Positions 36,561 to 50,669 of a stretch of DNA of 64,000 bases are shown here, piece after piece (position 1 is the stretch's first letter; each line of letters begins with the position of its first letter). The stretch spans positions 416,826,001 to 416,890,000 of the forward strand of contig JBNRSN020000003.1 in NCBI GenBank assembly GCA_051313645.2, written 5' to 3'. Both the position numbers and the translations under genes were made by a program. Source of the stretch: Centroscyllium fabricii (taxonomy: Eukaryota). The notes beneath the pieces are model-generated. The model did no database searches, had not been told where the DNA came from, and saw only the letters and a list, made by a program, of their open reading frames with translations.

Positions 36561-36595
36561 TTTGGCAGGGGGAGGGGACCCAGAGTGACGGTATA

Positions 36596-39476
36596 ATGGA
36601 TAGGGGAACACAACCAAATAAAGGAAAGCAGACTAGACAGCAAAACAAGGTAGTTTTAGGACAGAGAATGAAAGGTATATACTTTAACGCAAGAAGTCTG
36701 ACTAACAAGGTGGATGAGTTAAAGGTATTGGTTGACTCATGGGAATATGATATAGTAGCTATCACGGAGACGTGGCTGAAAGAGGGGCAAGAATGGCAGC
36801 TAAATATTCCGGGGTATAGAATTTTCAGGCGAGACAGAGACGAGGGAAAAAGGGGAGGGGGGGTAGCAATACTGATTAAGGAGTCAATCACAGCCATTAG
36901 GCGGGTCGACCTAATGGACGATTCCTCAAACGAGGCACTATGGGTGGAGGTAAAAAATAAAAAGGGGGGCGGCACCTTACTGGGAGTATATTATAGACCA
37001 CCAAACAGTAAAGGGGAGGTAGAGGATAAGATATGTGAACAAATCACGAAGATAAGTGAAAATAATAAAGTAACAATATTAGGGGACTTTAATTTCCCCA
37101 ATATCAACTGGGAGAATCAAAGTGTGAGGGGCACGGAAGGTTCAGCATTCTTACAATGCAGCCAAGAAAATTTTTTGAAACAATATGTTGGGTCACCTAC
37201 AAGGGGGGGGGCGGTACTAGACCTAATACTTGGGAACGAGGACGGGCAGATAGAGGAGGTAACAGTGGGGGAGCACTTCGGGGATAGCGACCACAATTCA
37301 GTTAGTTTCAAAATTGTAATGGAGAAAGATAAAAATGGACCAGGGGTAAAAATACTAAACTGGGGGAAGGCGGATTTCAATAAAATTAGGAACGATGTAA
37401 CCGCAGTAGATTGGGGCCATCTCCTCAGAGGAAGATCTGCATCAGAGCAGTGGGAGGCCTTCAGAGGGGAAGTCGGGAAGATACAGGAGGAACATGTTCC
37501 TGCAAAAATTAAGGGTGGGGGAGACAAACAAAGGGAACCTTGGATGTCTAGGGATATATGTAAATTAATGAAGAAAAAAAGGGGGGCTTTTAATGAATAT
37601 AAACGGCTAAAAACTGAGGAGGCACTAGGGGAGTATAAGAAATATAGGGGTGATTTAAAGAAGGAGATAAGAAAAGCCAAGAGAGGTCATGAGATTACAA
37701 TGGCCGGTAAAATCAAGGATAACCCTAAGGCATTTTATAGTTATATAAAAAACAAAAGGATCACGAGGGAAAGAGTGGGGCCCATTAAGGACGATAGCGG
37801 AAAGCTGTGCGTCGAGCCTGAGGAGGTGGGGGAGGTACTAAATGAATTCTTCTCTTCAGTATTCACAAGAGAGAGGGACGATACCGACATCGAAACCGGA
37901 CAGAGTGTAGGGGGGGTAATTGAGGATATTACCATTACAAGGGAAGAAGTTCTAGAAATCTTGGGAGGCTTAAAGGTGGACAAATCACCAGGGCCGGACG
38001 CAATGTTCCCCAGGCTGCTGTTCGAGGCCAGGGGGGAGCTTGCGGGCCCCCTGTCTCAAATCTTCAGGACCTCTCTCGCGTCAGGGGATGTACCTGAGGA
38101 CTGGAGAACGGCTAATGTAGTACCCCTGTTTAAAAAGGGTAGTAGGGACAAACCGGGTAACTATAGGCCAATTAGTCTTACATCTGTAGTAGGGAAAGTA
38201 ATGGAAAAAATTCTGAGGGACAAAATCAGTTCGCATTTGGACAAACAAGGTCTAATAAGAGACAGTCAGCATGGCTTCGTCAAAGGTAAGTCGTGCCTGA
38301 CTAATCTGTTGGAATTCTTTGAGGAGGTAACAAAGAGGGTGGATGAAGGGAGTACAGTGGACGTAGTGTATATGGACTTTAGCAAAGCTTTTGATAAAGT
38401 CCCACATAGGAGACTAATAACAAAGGTTAGAGCGCACGGGATACAGGGCAACTTGGCACAGTGGATCGAAAATTGGCTGGGGGATAGGAGACAAAGGGTA
38501 ATGGTAGAGGGCTGCTTCTGTGACTGGAAACCAGTAACCAGTGGTGTCCCCCAAGGATCGGTTTTGGGACCCTTACTGTTTCTAGTATACATCAACGATT
38601 TGGATATGGGAGTAGGGGGTATGATCAGCAAATTCGCTGATGATACGAAAATCGGAAGGGTGGTAAACAACGATGAGGATAGTAAGGGGCTTCAGGAGGA
38701 TATAGATATAATGGTTAATTGGGCAGAAAAATGGCAAATGGAGTTCAACCCAGAGAAATGCGAGGTCATTCAATTCGGTAGACCAAATGGGGTAAGGGAA
38801 TATACCATGAACAACAAAACGTTAAGTAGGACCGAGGAACAGAGGGACCTGGGGGTACAGGTGCACAGCTCCCTGAAGGTTGCTGGACACGTTAACAAGG
38901 TGGTTAAGAAGGCATACGGAATTCTCGCCTTTATTAACCAGGGCATAGTATACAAAAGTAGGGAGGTAATGTTAAACTTGTATAACACACTGGTGAGACC
39001 TCAGCTGGAGTACTGTGTGCAGTTCTGGTCACCGCACTTCAGGAAGGATGTGGTTGCCCTGGAAAGGGTGCAGAGAAGGTTTACCAGGATGATACCTGGT
39101 CTGGGGGACTTATGCTACGAAGAAAGGCTGGACAGGCTGGAGTTGTTTGCCTTGGAGAAGAGAAGGTGGAGGGGTGACATGATTGAGGTGTACAAGATCA
39201 TGAGGGGACACGATAGGGTAGACAAAGGGGCATTGTTTCCCCTGGTGGGAGAGTCAAGTACTAGGGGACATAGATTCAAGATCAGGGGGGGGGGGGAGGT
39301 TTAGGGGGGAGGTAAGGAGAAATTTCTTTACCCAGAGGGTGGTGGAAGTCTGGAACTCCCTGCCTGTGAGGGTGGTGGAGGCAGGAACCATCACAACATT
39401 TAAAAAATACTTGGATCAGCACATGAAGGACCATAACATACAGGGTTATGGGCCAGGTGCGGGCAATTGGGGTTAG
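36596..39476 (+). CDS. CR1 ORF2: APE endonuclease plus reverse transcriptase (frameshift at the G12 run, 39285-39296)
   Basis: YFNARSL, ITETWL, GVYYRPP, GDFNFP, SDHN; QHGF, DFSKAFDKV, GVPQGSVLGP, FADD; C-terminus RRNFFTQRVVEVWNSLP continues in another frame to TAG at 39474-39476. Confidence 0.93.
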
Positions 39477-42400
39477 TACAGTGAGGAGTTTTTCTGGGCC
39501 GGTGCGGACTGGATGGGCCGAATGGCCCTTATCCGCACTGTAAAATTTCTATGATTCTATGATTCTATGATGCAGACCTCGCCCCACAATTCTTCACACA
39601 AGAATTGCCTGCTGTCAGCCTTGCCATCTGGAGCAGTATCGCGATACCCTGTACCTGCCCAAGACGAGATGGGAATATCAGAGCTGCAATTCACGCCAAG
39701 CTGCTGCTGTTTATCTCTTGGTTGGTGAACCAAGAGAAGCATTAGAAGTGCGTTGAGAGTAGATAACCTGCCCATCTTCTCACGCAAGCTAAAGATGCAT
39801 GCAAAAATCAAATTGTGGAAGGGAATATCTTTTTAATTAAGGGAATTTTTAGTGCTAACTTTTGAAAGATTATATTTAATTAAACAATTTGTTAAATAGC
39901 ACTATAATTGCTGGTTCCCACAGAAATGGCGTTTCAGCACAGGTATTGGCTCTCCTTTGTTCACGCATCATTAGTCCAATCAACAATATGCAGCGTGGCA
40001 AGGTGTGCAACATGTGGTACCAAAACTAATATTTTCACATTTGTAATGTACTTATTTACTTAATCCAAAAATCACTGTAGGAAATATAAATACAGGTGTA
40101 TAAAAATATATATTTTTTGATATACACACAAGTTGTTGCCTGCAGCAATATTCCACAGTCAGTTGATGAATGTTTTTTTTAATGTAGAAGATGACAGTGA
40201 AGTTGGAGAAAAGATGTCATTCACTCCGCAGAGCCACCTGTGGCCAGTCTGCAGCTACATTCTAGCAGATGATGCAGCAAAATGTAATATTGACCGAGCA
40301 ACTTACAATAGTCAATGCTGACGGAAGAGCGTGACAAAAATCGTGACTACCAGAAGAAAGGTTTGTGGACAGAAAGTGCACACGTGTTCAAGCTTTAAAA
40401 ACAAAATCACAAGAACAGTATGCAGCCAGTAACAGCACTGACATCCTCCCGCCATTCCTCCATGACAACCACAGACACTAGTTGTTCACATCCAAAGTTC
40501 ATACACTTTTTTAATTTTAAAAATGCCTTTAGATTGGAGAGAATTATTCCAACAGTCTATTGGTAGATTCGTAAAACTTTCATAACAAAAACATTACAAG
40601 TCTTCCAGTAGTCTTCCAAACAAATTCAAGTAGTGAGATACTGATAAATATGCAGCAACCTATATTGATTGCAAGTTAAAGATGAAAATACATACAAGTT
40701 TGCTGTTAAGTCTGCATTGGATGGCAATTCTTACACCCTCCAAGTATAGGACAGCCAATTATAAACTAGTGCTATTTATTTTGCCCCCGAAAATGGATCA
40801 GGAGCTGGGAGTGCAGTGGATTGGTATACTAACAGGCTGCGCCACCAAGTGGCAGAATACAAGTTCAGTCCCACATGATTCTTGACTGGCGTCACTCCCA
40901 ATCTCAACTTTTCCATCTGAGAGAGCGATTTCTCGGAGGAGAGAATCAAGAGGCCTATTCAATTTGCTGAGTACCTTCTAAGTGCTGATAAAACACCACT
41001 GGCAGACTGCAAGCTGCATGACATCAGGCCCTCTCTCAATTACAGAACAGTGCAACACCATGGAAGGGCCGAAACAGAAGTTAGAAATGCTACTTTGGGA
41101 AAAGCATGCTAATTAATATAATTCGAAAAAATATATATATTTTAAAATTAAACATATACTGAGCAAAATCTAACAATTTCTGAAGGACCAACATGCTGTC
41201 CAATTTGAGAACATACTCCCACAAAGTTTTTCCAATTTCAAAAATAAAGTGTCTAGCAAGGAACTGATTGTATTAACTATAATTGTTTGTACAGAAAATT
41301 GAAAACTACAGTCCACTATTAATCTGAAAGGGTTTTTCAGATCAACGATCTGAAGCATTTAACTTCCAGTTTCACTATATGGCAAACCCCGCTTTGCATC
41401 TGCCTTTATTGGGCATTGTTGCCAGATGGAAAATATTAAACAAAAAGGATTGCAACTAAATCAATCTGCTACAGCACAGTGCCAAAAGGCCCCATGCTAA
41501 CTACAAGCAGATTTGCAGGCAGGTCTCGTTCTGTTACGACCTGGGTTCTGGCACATCCTTTGCCCCATCTAACAGCAGGAGGGCAGGGGCTGGCTGAGAG
41601 CTGCTACTGTGCCAAACAGACTGTGGAGTGCTTACTGCTTGAGTGCTTCTACAGAAAGAGTGTGAATCCAAGAGTCCATTGTAAACAACTACTGGTACTT
41701 CCTGGCTGCTACTGTGCCATACATTTTGGGTGCTAAACATTTCAAGAAAAATGGCGCATTTTAATCCTTCAAAAAGAAATTTGAAACTCAAAGTGACATT
41801 TTACGAGTGAAGCCTTTATAAAAAAAGACACACTATTGTGTGCTCGTCATAAATCACTCCTCAAAACGTGTACTTGTTAACCCAATCATAATTCTAAAAA
41901 GCACCAGCCTAAGTAATATGAACAAACAATATCTAGAATTAAAGGAATATACTTAAAAGGCACTATAAATTATATATTTTTTCAATTAATCCCGTAAGAA
42001 AAAAATTAAGTTAAAATTTGTACTTTTACTTGAAAACAGCTGGAAGATGCCAGTCTACAGTACACACAAGACTAGACAATTCCTTTTTAAACTCATTGCA
42101 TATGTAATATTAAATAAAATATATCAAATTCATTTTTTGAAAGAGTTCCTTTCTACAATTGTCATATCTACTGGGGTGATGCCACAATGCTGCAACAGAC
42201 TTTGGAAGATCCTCCAACCAAAAACAAGCTAATTACGATTTGAAAACATTTTTAATTGATTTGTTGTCATGCCACTGGCTATATAATTAGATACATTTTA
42301 CATAAATGGAATTCCCTTCGTGTTTACATTTGAGGACTCTTGATTTCCACCCTTTAAGGCCCTGTCACCATCACATCCTGGAGGGTGAACAAGTCTGGGC

Positions 42401-43864
42401 CATGCGCTTTTCCAGAGCCACTGCCAAATACACTCTGTGATTGGCCAGCGAGAACAATGTTGCACGATACTCTATTAAATAGCCTTTCTTCTCTCCATCT
42501 CATCATTTTGCCTTGTGCTTGAACTGTCAGCCCTGTCAGGAGCTGACAAAATTGTTAAATTGAGGTGTGCGCACCTGAGTGACAAGCCCTGGGACTCCAA
42601 CCTGGAACTTGGTGCAATGACCATATTGGGGGCGAAAGCCGTAAGTTAGACCGCTATGCTCCCCAATCCTCCAGCGGCGGATTTAAGCCACAATTTGCTG
42701 GAAAAATAATTAGGATACATCACAGGAAGCATAACGGGAGCTCAGGAGCGGTGCGGCCAATGGCCAAAGTAAAATTAGACGTTACTCAGGCTCGGAAATG
42801 TTTAAAATAGATGTTTGAAGTTTGAACTGATGGGTGGAATCAAGCACAAATTCAAATGAGAGAGAGATAATTTGCCTTAAAGACTGTTTTTATATCTGTC
42901 TGGTTAGTTCATTAGATGGAACAGTGATCCTCCCCCATTCCTATTGAGGCTGTACGAACAGCACGGAAACCAGAGGCTTTTAGTCTTCAGTTGCTCAAGC
43001 AGTCTGTAATCCCAGTGCCATTTCTGATTTACTACTTGGATTTTAATAAGGTGTAAATGGGCACATTGTGATCACTAACGACCACATTCTCAACGCAAAG
43101 GATTAACGATCCGAATTACATATAAAAAGTCACATTCGGGTGGTAGTTTAAAACTAGGAATCGGCAATCCGCTCTCGTCATATATATGTAATTTTTGTTG
43201 CTTTGCACCAGTGACTGTAGACACAGTCAGAACGGCACCACTGAATAATAAAATAAACACCTAATGAGGGCAACACGATTTTTTCAAATTTAAACTACGA
43301 TTCCTGTTTTCGCAACAAACATACTGAGCCCACCAGTGCCAATCTGCAATGGTCTAAGTGGCTGGCTGTGGTGGTCACAGTGGCATTAATTCAGCGAACT
43401 CAATCTCGCTGCTGATTTTAATGGGGCAGAACTATGACAATTAGCAGTTCAACTTTGTCAGGGAGGGTCTCTGTGGAGCATCACAAAAGGCCCAGCAAAT
43501 TATGGCATGGCGTTACGTAATGGCATAAGTCACACACGCCATCACTTCCTGGAATTTCTGCACCATAATAATGGTAGTTTCAGAAATTCCGATCCCTTGT
43601 GTTTGGGAAGTTGGTGCTCCATCTATTGTAATTGGAGTTTGTTCTGGTTAAATATTGTAGCTAAAAATACATTTGAATATCAAATGAAATGTTATTAGTT
43701 CTGAACAAGTCATAGCTATTTTCTTTAAAAGGGAAAATATAGCCGATGGCAGCAACTAGGAACGCAAACCCTTTTCTGGTTATGTCTGAAATATTCAATG
43801 TTTTCCGCAACTTCTGAAAACCTCATTTTATGGTGTACAAGCAATTTCAGACTGAATAAGCAAT

Positions 43865-44659
43865 GGGCCAGAATTTCGGGTTTGCCGGTTGGTGGGCAAC
43901 TAGGACCATGGGGATCCCTAACGAACCGCACCAACATCGCACTTTTTTTACTCCCAGCATTTTGGCTCGGCTCCGCCCCCTTCCTGCGCAACGTGGCAGT
44001 CCAGCCACGCTAGGAGCGCAGTGTATGCCCCGCCCACAGATCCCCAATTTAAATTTTAAAACGCCCACAGATCCCGAGTCGGACCTTTGAGAGAGCAGGG
44101 ACGTGAGGCGCTGCACTCACAGACTCGGCAGTGAGCAGCGCAGCCAGTCCAGCTTTTGACCGAAGGTAAGTCAGCGATTTTTTCTCTTCGTTTTTAACTT
44201 CACTAAATTAGTTAAAAATTTCAGAACTCTATATTTAAAAATTAGCGATTTGGATTAGGTATAGCAATTCAAAATCGGATTTGTCAATTTTTTTTTTAAA
44301 CTTTAACATCGAAATTTAATGATTCCGATCTGGCCACATTACTCCCAAAAACTGTTGAAACTTAAAATTAAAGGTAAAAAAGTAACTTACCTTGTTTAAG
44401 AACGTTTTTCTCTCCCTCACGCATGGGTTACTGCAGCTTTTCTGAAGTGCATCTCAAGGCTCCGTTGCCCACGGAATCACGCAGCAAATTGACCCTTTTG
44501 CACCGGAAATCTTGGGTGCAACTCACTCCTGCGTTTGATGCTGAGGGCCCTTCTCCCTCAGCATCGGAAATCTCGGATCCGTGGGCATCTCCCGTGTGTT
44601 CATCGCACGGGGCATTTCGCCTGTGGGCATCTGGTTTGAGGCACCTGAAATTCTGGCCC
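43865..44659. mobile_element. GGGCCAGAATTT-TIR non-autonomous element, copy B (inverted relative to A)
   Basis: GGGCCAGAATTTC ... GAAATTCTGGCCC; internal sequence is the reverse complement of copy A without the nested MITE. Confidence 0.85.
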
Positions 44660-46077
44660 ATTATGTCAAAGTAATTTGTTTACAAATGTCAGTCAAACTC
44701 ACCCTGTAAATTCTTTTTACACAATCCAAGAAGATTCAGTGCTTCCATCTGAACAGCACTTGTTCGAGTGGATGTGCTTCTCTTTTCTACTGTTCATACA
44801 CAGCAACACGGGCCCACAGACTACACTTGTAGTACACTAGATCATATCCAGTAAGCACTGTCCTCAGGCAAGGCAGCTCATAGGTTACCACAATATTAAC
44901 CCAGGAACACAATTCTTGTCGTGTACTTACCTTGTGTCATCAGAAATATGACATTTTTTACATTTCCCATTGACACAAATATTTCTGAACTCTTCTAACT
45001 TGTTCTCTTCCATTATGGTTGGATTTGTTCCCGATTCCGGTCATTTCTGGTGTGTTTTAGCCCACTGTTGGTTTTTATCTAGTTTCTTGAACAAAACTCG
45101 AATAACATTTTATTTTGCTATATTACAACAGAATACCAGATATCCACTGTGACTTATCCTGCCTCAGGCTGAACGTTATTGTCCACATCTGAATCCGCTA
45201 ATGTATTCGCCATTGTATTAATCAACAAAAGTTGATTTAATGTCGTAGGGGCACAATTTCAATTAGGTGTGCTGGTTTGGAATGCCAGTTTTATGCCGAG
45301 ACATGAAGTTGAAAATCTTCCCCATACTGCTGATTGACTAAATTATACCATCTACAGAAGTTGTACATGTTTCCTATTCAAGTTTGTACTGACAGTAGCA
45401 GTTATACAATGACCAACTGCATATTATTTGACTTTAAAAAAAAATTGATGGTACACTATTGCCTCATAATTGGGGTCCATAAAGCCAATGGAAATAGTAA
45501 AGTATATGCCTTTCAGGATTGCACAATTACATGTGCAACTGGGAGAGGACAAAGCTGCTAGAAAGTGGGCTTGTATGTGTACTGTCTATTCGAAAGGAAA
45601 GGAAAGCAGGTCTTGTGATATTCGAGGTGGTGGTACATCACAGGGGTTATATCAAGGGGCGATCAGATTTCCTTCTTGGCCTTAAACCATGCTCTTAGTC
45701 ATTTAGCTAACAATATTAATAAGCTCCATACTAATTTATAAACAGCTGCACAATTAAAATCTACAGGATCAATAAATTTGGCCCGTTAAGGGTCATTGTA
45801 TCATAGTAATTTAGCACTTCAGAGCAAAAGTATGATAGATCTTATTACATTTGCCCAGTTTTACAATTCTCCAGTCTTTCAAAGTAGATCCTAAATATAT
45901 CTTTTACCAAAACATGCACCATAGCAGACTCATTTAGAGCAACACATTTTAAATAATAAAGACAATCTCAAATTAAATTTAATGTACTTAAATCTTAGTG
46001 CTTAATATATTAAATGCTAGGAATCCTATTTAATGCACGCCACAGAAGGCCTGAGAACTGGGAAATCAACAGATCCT

Positions 46078-47870
46078 ACATAAGAACATAAGAAATAGGA
46101 GCAGGAGTAGGCCAATCGGCCCCTCGAGCCTGCTCCGCCATTCAATAAGATCATGGCTGATCTGATCCTAACCTCAATTTTATTTTTACTCTCCACCCCG
46201 CCCAAACCAATGTAATCACCTGGGAGAGGTGAAAAACCAGACATGGCCGATCTCAACTTAGCCTCACGTCCACTTACCAGCCCGTTCACCATAACCCCTA
46301 ATTCCCTTTAATTCCAGGAAACTGTCTATCTCAGTTTTAAATTTATTCAACGTAGTAGCTTCTACAGCTCTCTGGGGCAGCAAATTCCACAGCCGCACCA
46401 CCCTCTGAGTAAAGAAGTTCCCCCTCATCTCAGTTTTAAAATGGGAGCCCTTTATTTTAAGATTATGCCCCCTAGTCCTAGTCTCACTCACCATTGGGAA
46501 CATCCTCACCGCATCCACCCGATCAAGCCCTCTCACAATCTTATATATTTCAATAAGATCGCCTCTCATTCTTCTGAACTCCAATGAGTAGAGGCCCAAT
46601 CCACTCAGCCTCTCGTCATATGTTAGCCCCCTCATCCCCGGAACTAACCTAGTGAATCTTCTCTGCACTGCCTCGAGAGCAAGTATGTCCTTTCTTAAAT
46701 AGGGACACCAGAACTGCACGCAGTATTCCAGGTGTGGTCTCACCAATACCCTGTACAACTGCAACAAGACCTCCCTGCTTTTATACTCAATCCCCTTAGC
46801 AATAAAAGCCAACATTCCGTTGGCCTTCCTTACCACCTGCTGCACCTGCATATTAACTTTCTGTGTCCCCTGCACCAGGACCCCCAGATCCCTTTGCACT
46901 GAAGTACTTTCCAGTTCCTTTCCATTTAGATAATAACTCGCTCTATTATTTTTCCTGCCAAAGTGCATAACTTCACATTTTCCAGTATTATACTCCATCT
47001 GCCAAATCTCTGCCCACTCACTTAGCCTATCTATGTCCTTTTGCAGGTTTTTAATGTCCTCCTCATTCATCACCCTCCCTCCCATTTTTGTGTCATCCGC
47101 AAACTTTGATATGTTGCACTTGGTCCCTTCTTCCAAATCGTTAATATAGATTGTAAAGAGTTGGGGTCCCAGCACCGACCCTTGCGGAACACCACTAGTG
47201 ACTGACTGCCAGTCTGAGAACGAACCATTTATCCCAACTCTCTGTTTTCTGTTAGAAAGCCAATCCTTCACCCATGCCAGCATATTACCCCCAACCCCGT
47301 GATTTTTTATCTTGAGTAATAATCTTCTGTGGGGCACCTTGTCAAATGCCTTTTGGAAGTCCAAATACACCACATCCACTGGTTCCCCTTTATCCACCCT
47401 ATATGTTATGTCCTCAAAAAACTCTAGCAAATTTGTCAAACATGACTTCCCCTTTGTAAAACCATGCTGACTTTGTCCTATTAAATGGTGTTTATCCAAA
47501 TGCCCTGATACTGTTTCCTTAATAATAGATTCTAACATTTTCCCAACCACAGATGTTAGGCTAACTGGTCTATAATTTCCAGCCTTCTGTCTATCACCCT
47601 TTTTAAATAAGGGCGTTACGTTAGCAGTTTTCCAATCTGCCGGAACCTTTGCCGAGTCCAGTGAGTTTTGAAAAATTATTACTAACGCATCCACAATCCC
47701 TACCGCCACTTCCTTCAAGACCCTAGGATGTAAGCCATCAGGTCCAGGGGATTTATCCTCCTTAAGTCCCATAATTTTCCCAAGTACCACCTCCTTAGTG
47801 ACTTTAAACGTAATTAGCTCCTCCCCCCCTAGAGCCACCTGTTTATCCAATAATGGGATATTTTGAGTGT
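46078..47870 (-). mobile_element. 5'-truncated young CR1 LINE with an uninterrupted 528-aa RT-region ORF (46264-47850)
   Basis: KSPGPDG...QHGF...GVPQGSVLGP...FADDTK...; same subfamily as 14469-15571. Confidence 0.95.
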
Positions 47871-50339
47871 ATCTTGGGCATATTCCCTTGCATTAGGTCC
47901 TGTTCAAAATCTTTAAAACCACCCACTGTTCTTGCAAAATTGCTAATGATTTGTGAAGTAAATCCTTGTTTGGTTTTATCACAACATTTCAATCCAAAAG
48001 TTTTAAAAACTGAAATGATTCCACTGGTATGATGTGCGTCAAAAGCTCTTACTTACAGGACTTATCAAAACAATGCAATTCTAATGGCAAGAACACCCAG
48101 TTGGTTTAATAAATGTTGCTGAATACCCTGCTGTATTATGATATTCTTTCTAATTCTGTCCTTTAACACAACAGCTTATTTCCAGAATTCAAACTAGGCT
48201 TCATAAAGGTGACATTTACCTCATAATTCACATTCTTCCGTCAAGGTCAATATTTTCATTATGATAAATTACCAATTACTGAAATTATTTTCTAACTCAT
48301 GAAAACTTTTAATGATTAAACTTAAAAGTGTGCATTGCAGGGCCATACCATTGTGAAACAAAGGGGAAAACTCAATCACACTGTTCTTCAAAATTCTTTC
48401 ACTGACTCAGTTCTAGGACTGAATGCCAACTTCAGTGCTGCAGTTGTGGTGTTCTTGCACATCATTAACGACATGCAAATATTCATGGTGCAGAATTTCT
48501 TCACTCCAGAGCTTCAAAGACATTTCATATGGCAGATACTGAGCAATGACATTTTGCTAATACCCAATTATAATAAAATGCATAATTACTCCATCATACA
48601 GATTAGCAACAAGCATAAGTACAGTAATAACTAGAGAGGTGCAGACACCATTCAACAGTACGATGATATACACTCTAAGTGACCAAAATAAACCCTTCAA
48701 GTCAAGACACAAAATGTGCTCAGAATGCAGTAAATTTAATGCATTATATTTTCAAATTGGTAAAACAACACAGTCCTTAATATTATAATTTCCGGTATGT
48801 TCTGTTCAGTTTGACACAGTTGAATCTCTCTTTAGGTGGCCATTAATTGATTCTACGGCTTTTATGTCACTAAGTTCCAGCTTCATACAAAGTTTCCATC
48901 TCAAAAGCTTTTAATCAAACCAAAATATAGCTTTGTAGAATTCTAAAGTTTTCTTCCTTCAGTAAAACCCTTAACATTTCCAATTTTAGCAAAGTGGTTT
49001 CCTTTTCTTAAAAGTGTGGCCAGAAATCTCTAGCACTGCATCGGTTTAAATGTTGAGGGACACAACAATGGCTGAAGAGTTAATGTTGTGCTGTCTATAT
49101 GCAAACAGTGGCCTGGGTCCCTAAAGGGCCTTGTTTGTCCCCACGTTTCACTGATTTGCCAGTTGGCAATCTTAAGCCAGGAAACTGTCAATTTCAATTC
49201 AGCTTACGGCTACATACTCCCATTAAAGAAGTCTTGCTGGTTAAGGGGCAGCCTCTGTTTCCAAAGCATGGGAACGAGAGCTCTACATTCCTTAGATTTC
49301 AGCTGGCAACTTACACTGACTAGAATTTTCAAGGAGCAATGAATGAGCTTAACAAAGGCGTTCTGTGGCCAGTTTCTGGCTGTCATCCATGTCAACAGTT
49401 TCTTGGGTCAGAGGTCACACTAACTACATTTATTCCCAGCAGACCCTGTTCCAAACACAGACTGCAATAAGTACAAATTCAGAATTTTTCAGTAATCCCC
49501 CCCGAGATATCCCTGATCTTCCACATGTTTCTGCTCAATTAAAAAAAAATCTCACTTTGCACCCTCTGCTCTCGGAGAAAGAGGCCCAGTGGAAAAGAAA
49601 ACATAGGATAGCACACAGACAAAAACAAAAAGAGCATTCCAAATAAAGAGAGTGACACTAAGTGTAACATATTCTGCTAACCAGATTAACACTTCCACTG
49701 AATACTGTACATCAGATGTGTCGCAGATGGAGGTACCTACTGTTCCTACATCTTTTACAATATGATCCTGTCCTACCAACATCCAAAGAAAATATAGAAG
49801 CCTTCTCAATTCCTGACAGCAGTTACCTGTACTAGTAAAAGAACTGCTTAAGGGAATTCACTGGCTCTTATACACAGAAAGCAGAAAAGTGAACTAATTT
49901 ATAAAATTTCCTCTCAATTATCAAAGCCAACCTTTGGTACATTTTTCATTCAGTTGTTTACATATAACATTCCGTTTGGAGTACGTATGCCAACTATTGT
50001 GTATTTGTTAATTGAAAACAATCACAAGACACCAGATGCTTAAATCGAGCACTGGCAAGAGCACGCCGAATGTTGATAAATGCTATTTAAAGAGCCCCAA
50101 ACTCCCAATCTGTTAATATATAAATGATACTAAATCAACACATACCACAGCTAACCCCTCATGCACACCCCTCTAATTACAGACATCAGAATTTTTAGAA
50201 TTCCAGAACTATGGACAATGCAACTCTTAACTTAAAAAATTAAAATTAAATATGGTGTCAAAAATATTTAAAATATTGAACATTTGTATTTCCTGATAGA
50301 AATTTGCATTTCTTTACCAACTAAGATATTTCGGTAATA

Positions 50340-50669
50340 CAGGTACACAATCCCTTATCCGCAACTCCAAAAACCGAAGTCCAGGGTTGCGCCAACAAAA
50401 TCATTTTTTCTTAAATAAATTTAAGCTGCAGCAGAAAAAACACGTTCCTACCCCATCTCGTGCTGTTGATGCCGTGCCGAGGAAAAAAACGGCCGATCTC
50501 CCGCTCTAAACGGCCGATATGCCATTCCTCGACTGTGACCTAGACCGCAAACACAGAAATGCGCATGCGATCTGCGCATGTGCACTGGGGCCAACTCTAA
50601 AAACCGTATTTATCCGAAAACCGAGACCCGCCCGGTCCCGAGGTTTTCGGATAAAGGGTTGTGTACCTG
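50340..50669. mobile_element. Tigger/pogo-like MITE copy 8 (related TIR variant)
   Basis: TA|CAGGTACACAATCCCTTATCCG ... CGGATAAAGGGTTGTGTACCTG|TA. Confidence 0.85.

Larger units (their letters stand above)
35430..39570 (+). mobile_element. Near full-length young CR1 LINE (antisense to DENND1A); 5' boundary approximate
   Basis: Intact ORF1, ORF2 with a single homopolymer frameshift, 3' (TTCTATGA)n tail. Confidence 0.95.

Noticed and set aside
35711-38988. Minus-strand ORFs overlapping the CR1
   Set aside because: Antisense shadows of CR1 ORF1/ORF2 codon usage.
40838-40856. CTCF-like motif GCGCCACCAAGTGGCAG
   Set aside because: Mismatch at a core position and a single occurrence; expected by chance in 64 kb.
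42354-42368. TTAAGGCCCTGTCAC matching the Harbinger MITE terminus
   Set aside because: No partner TIR or internal homology nearby.
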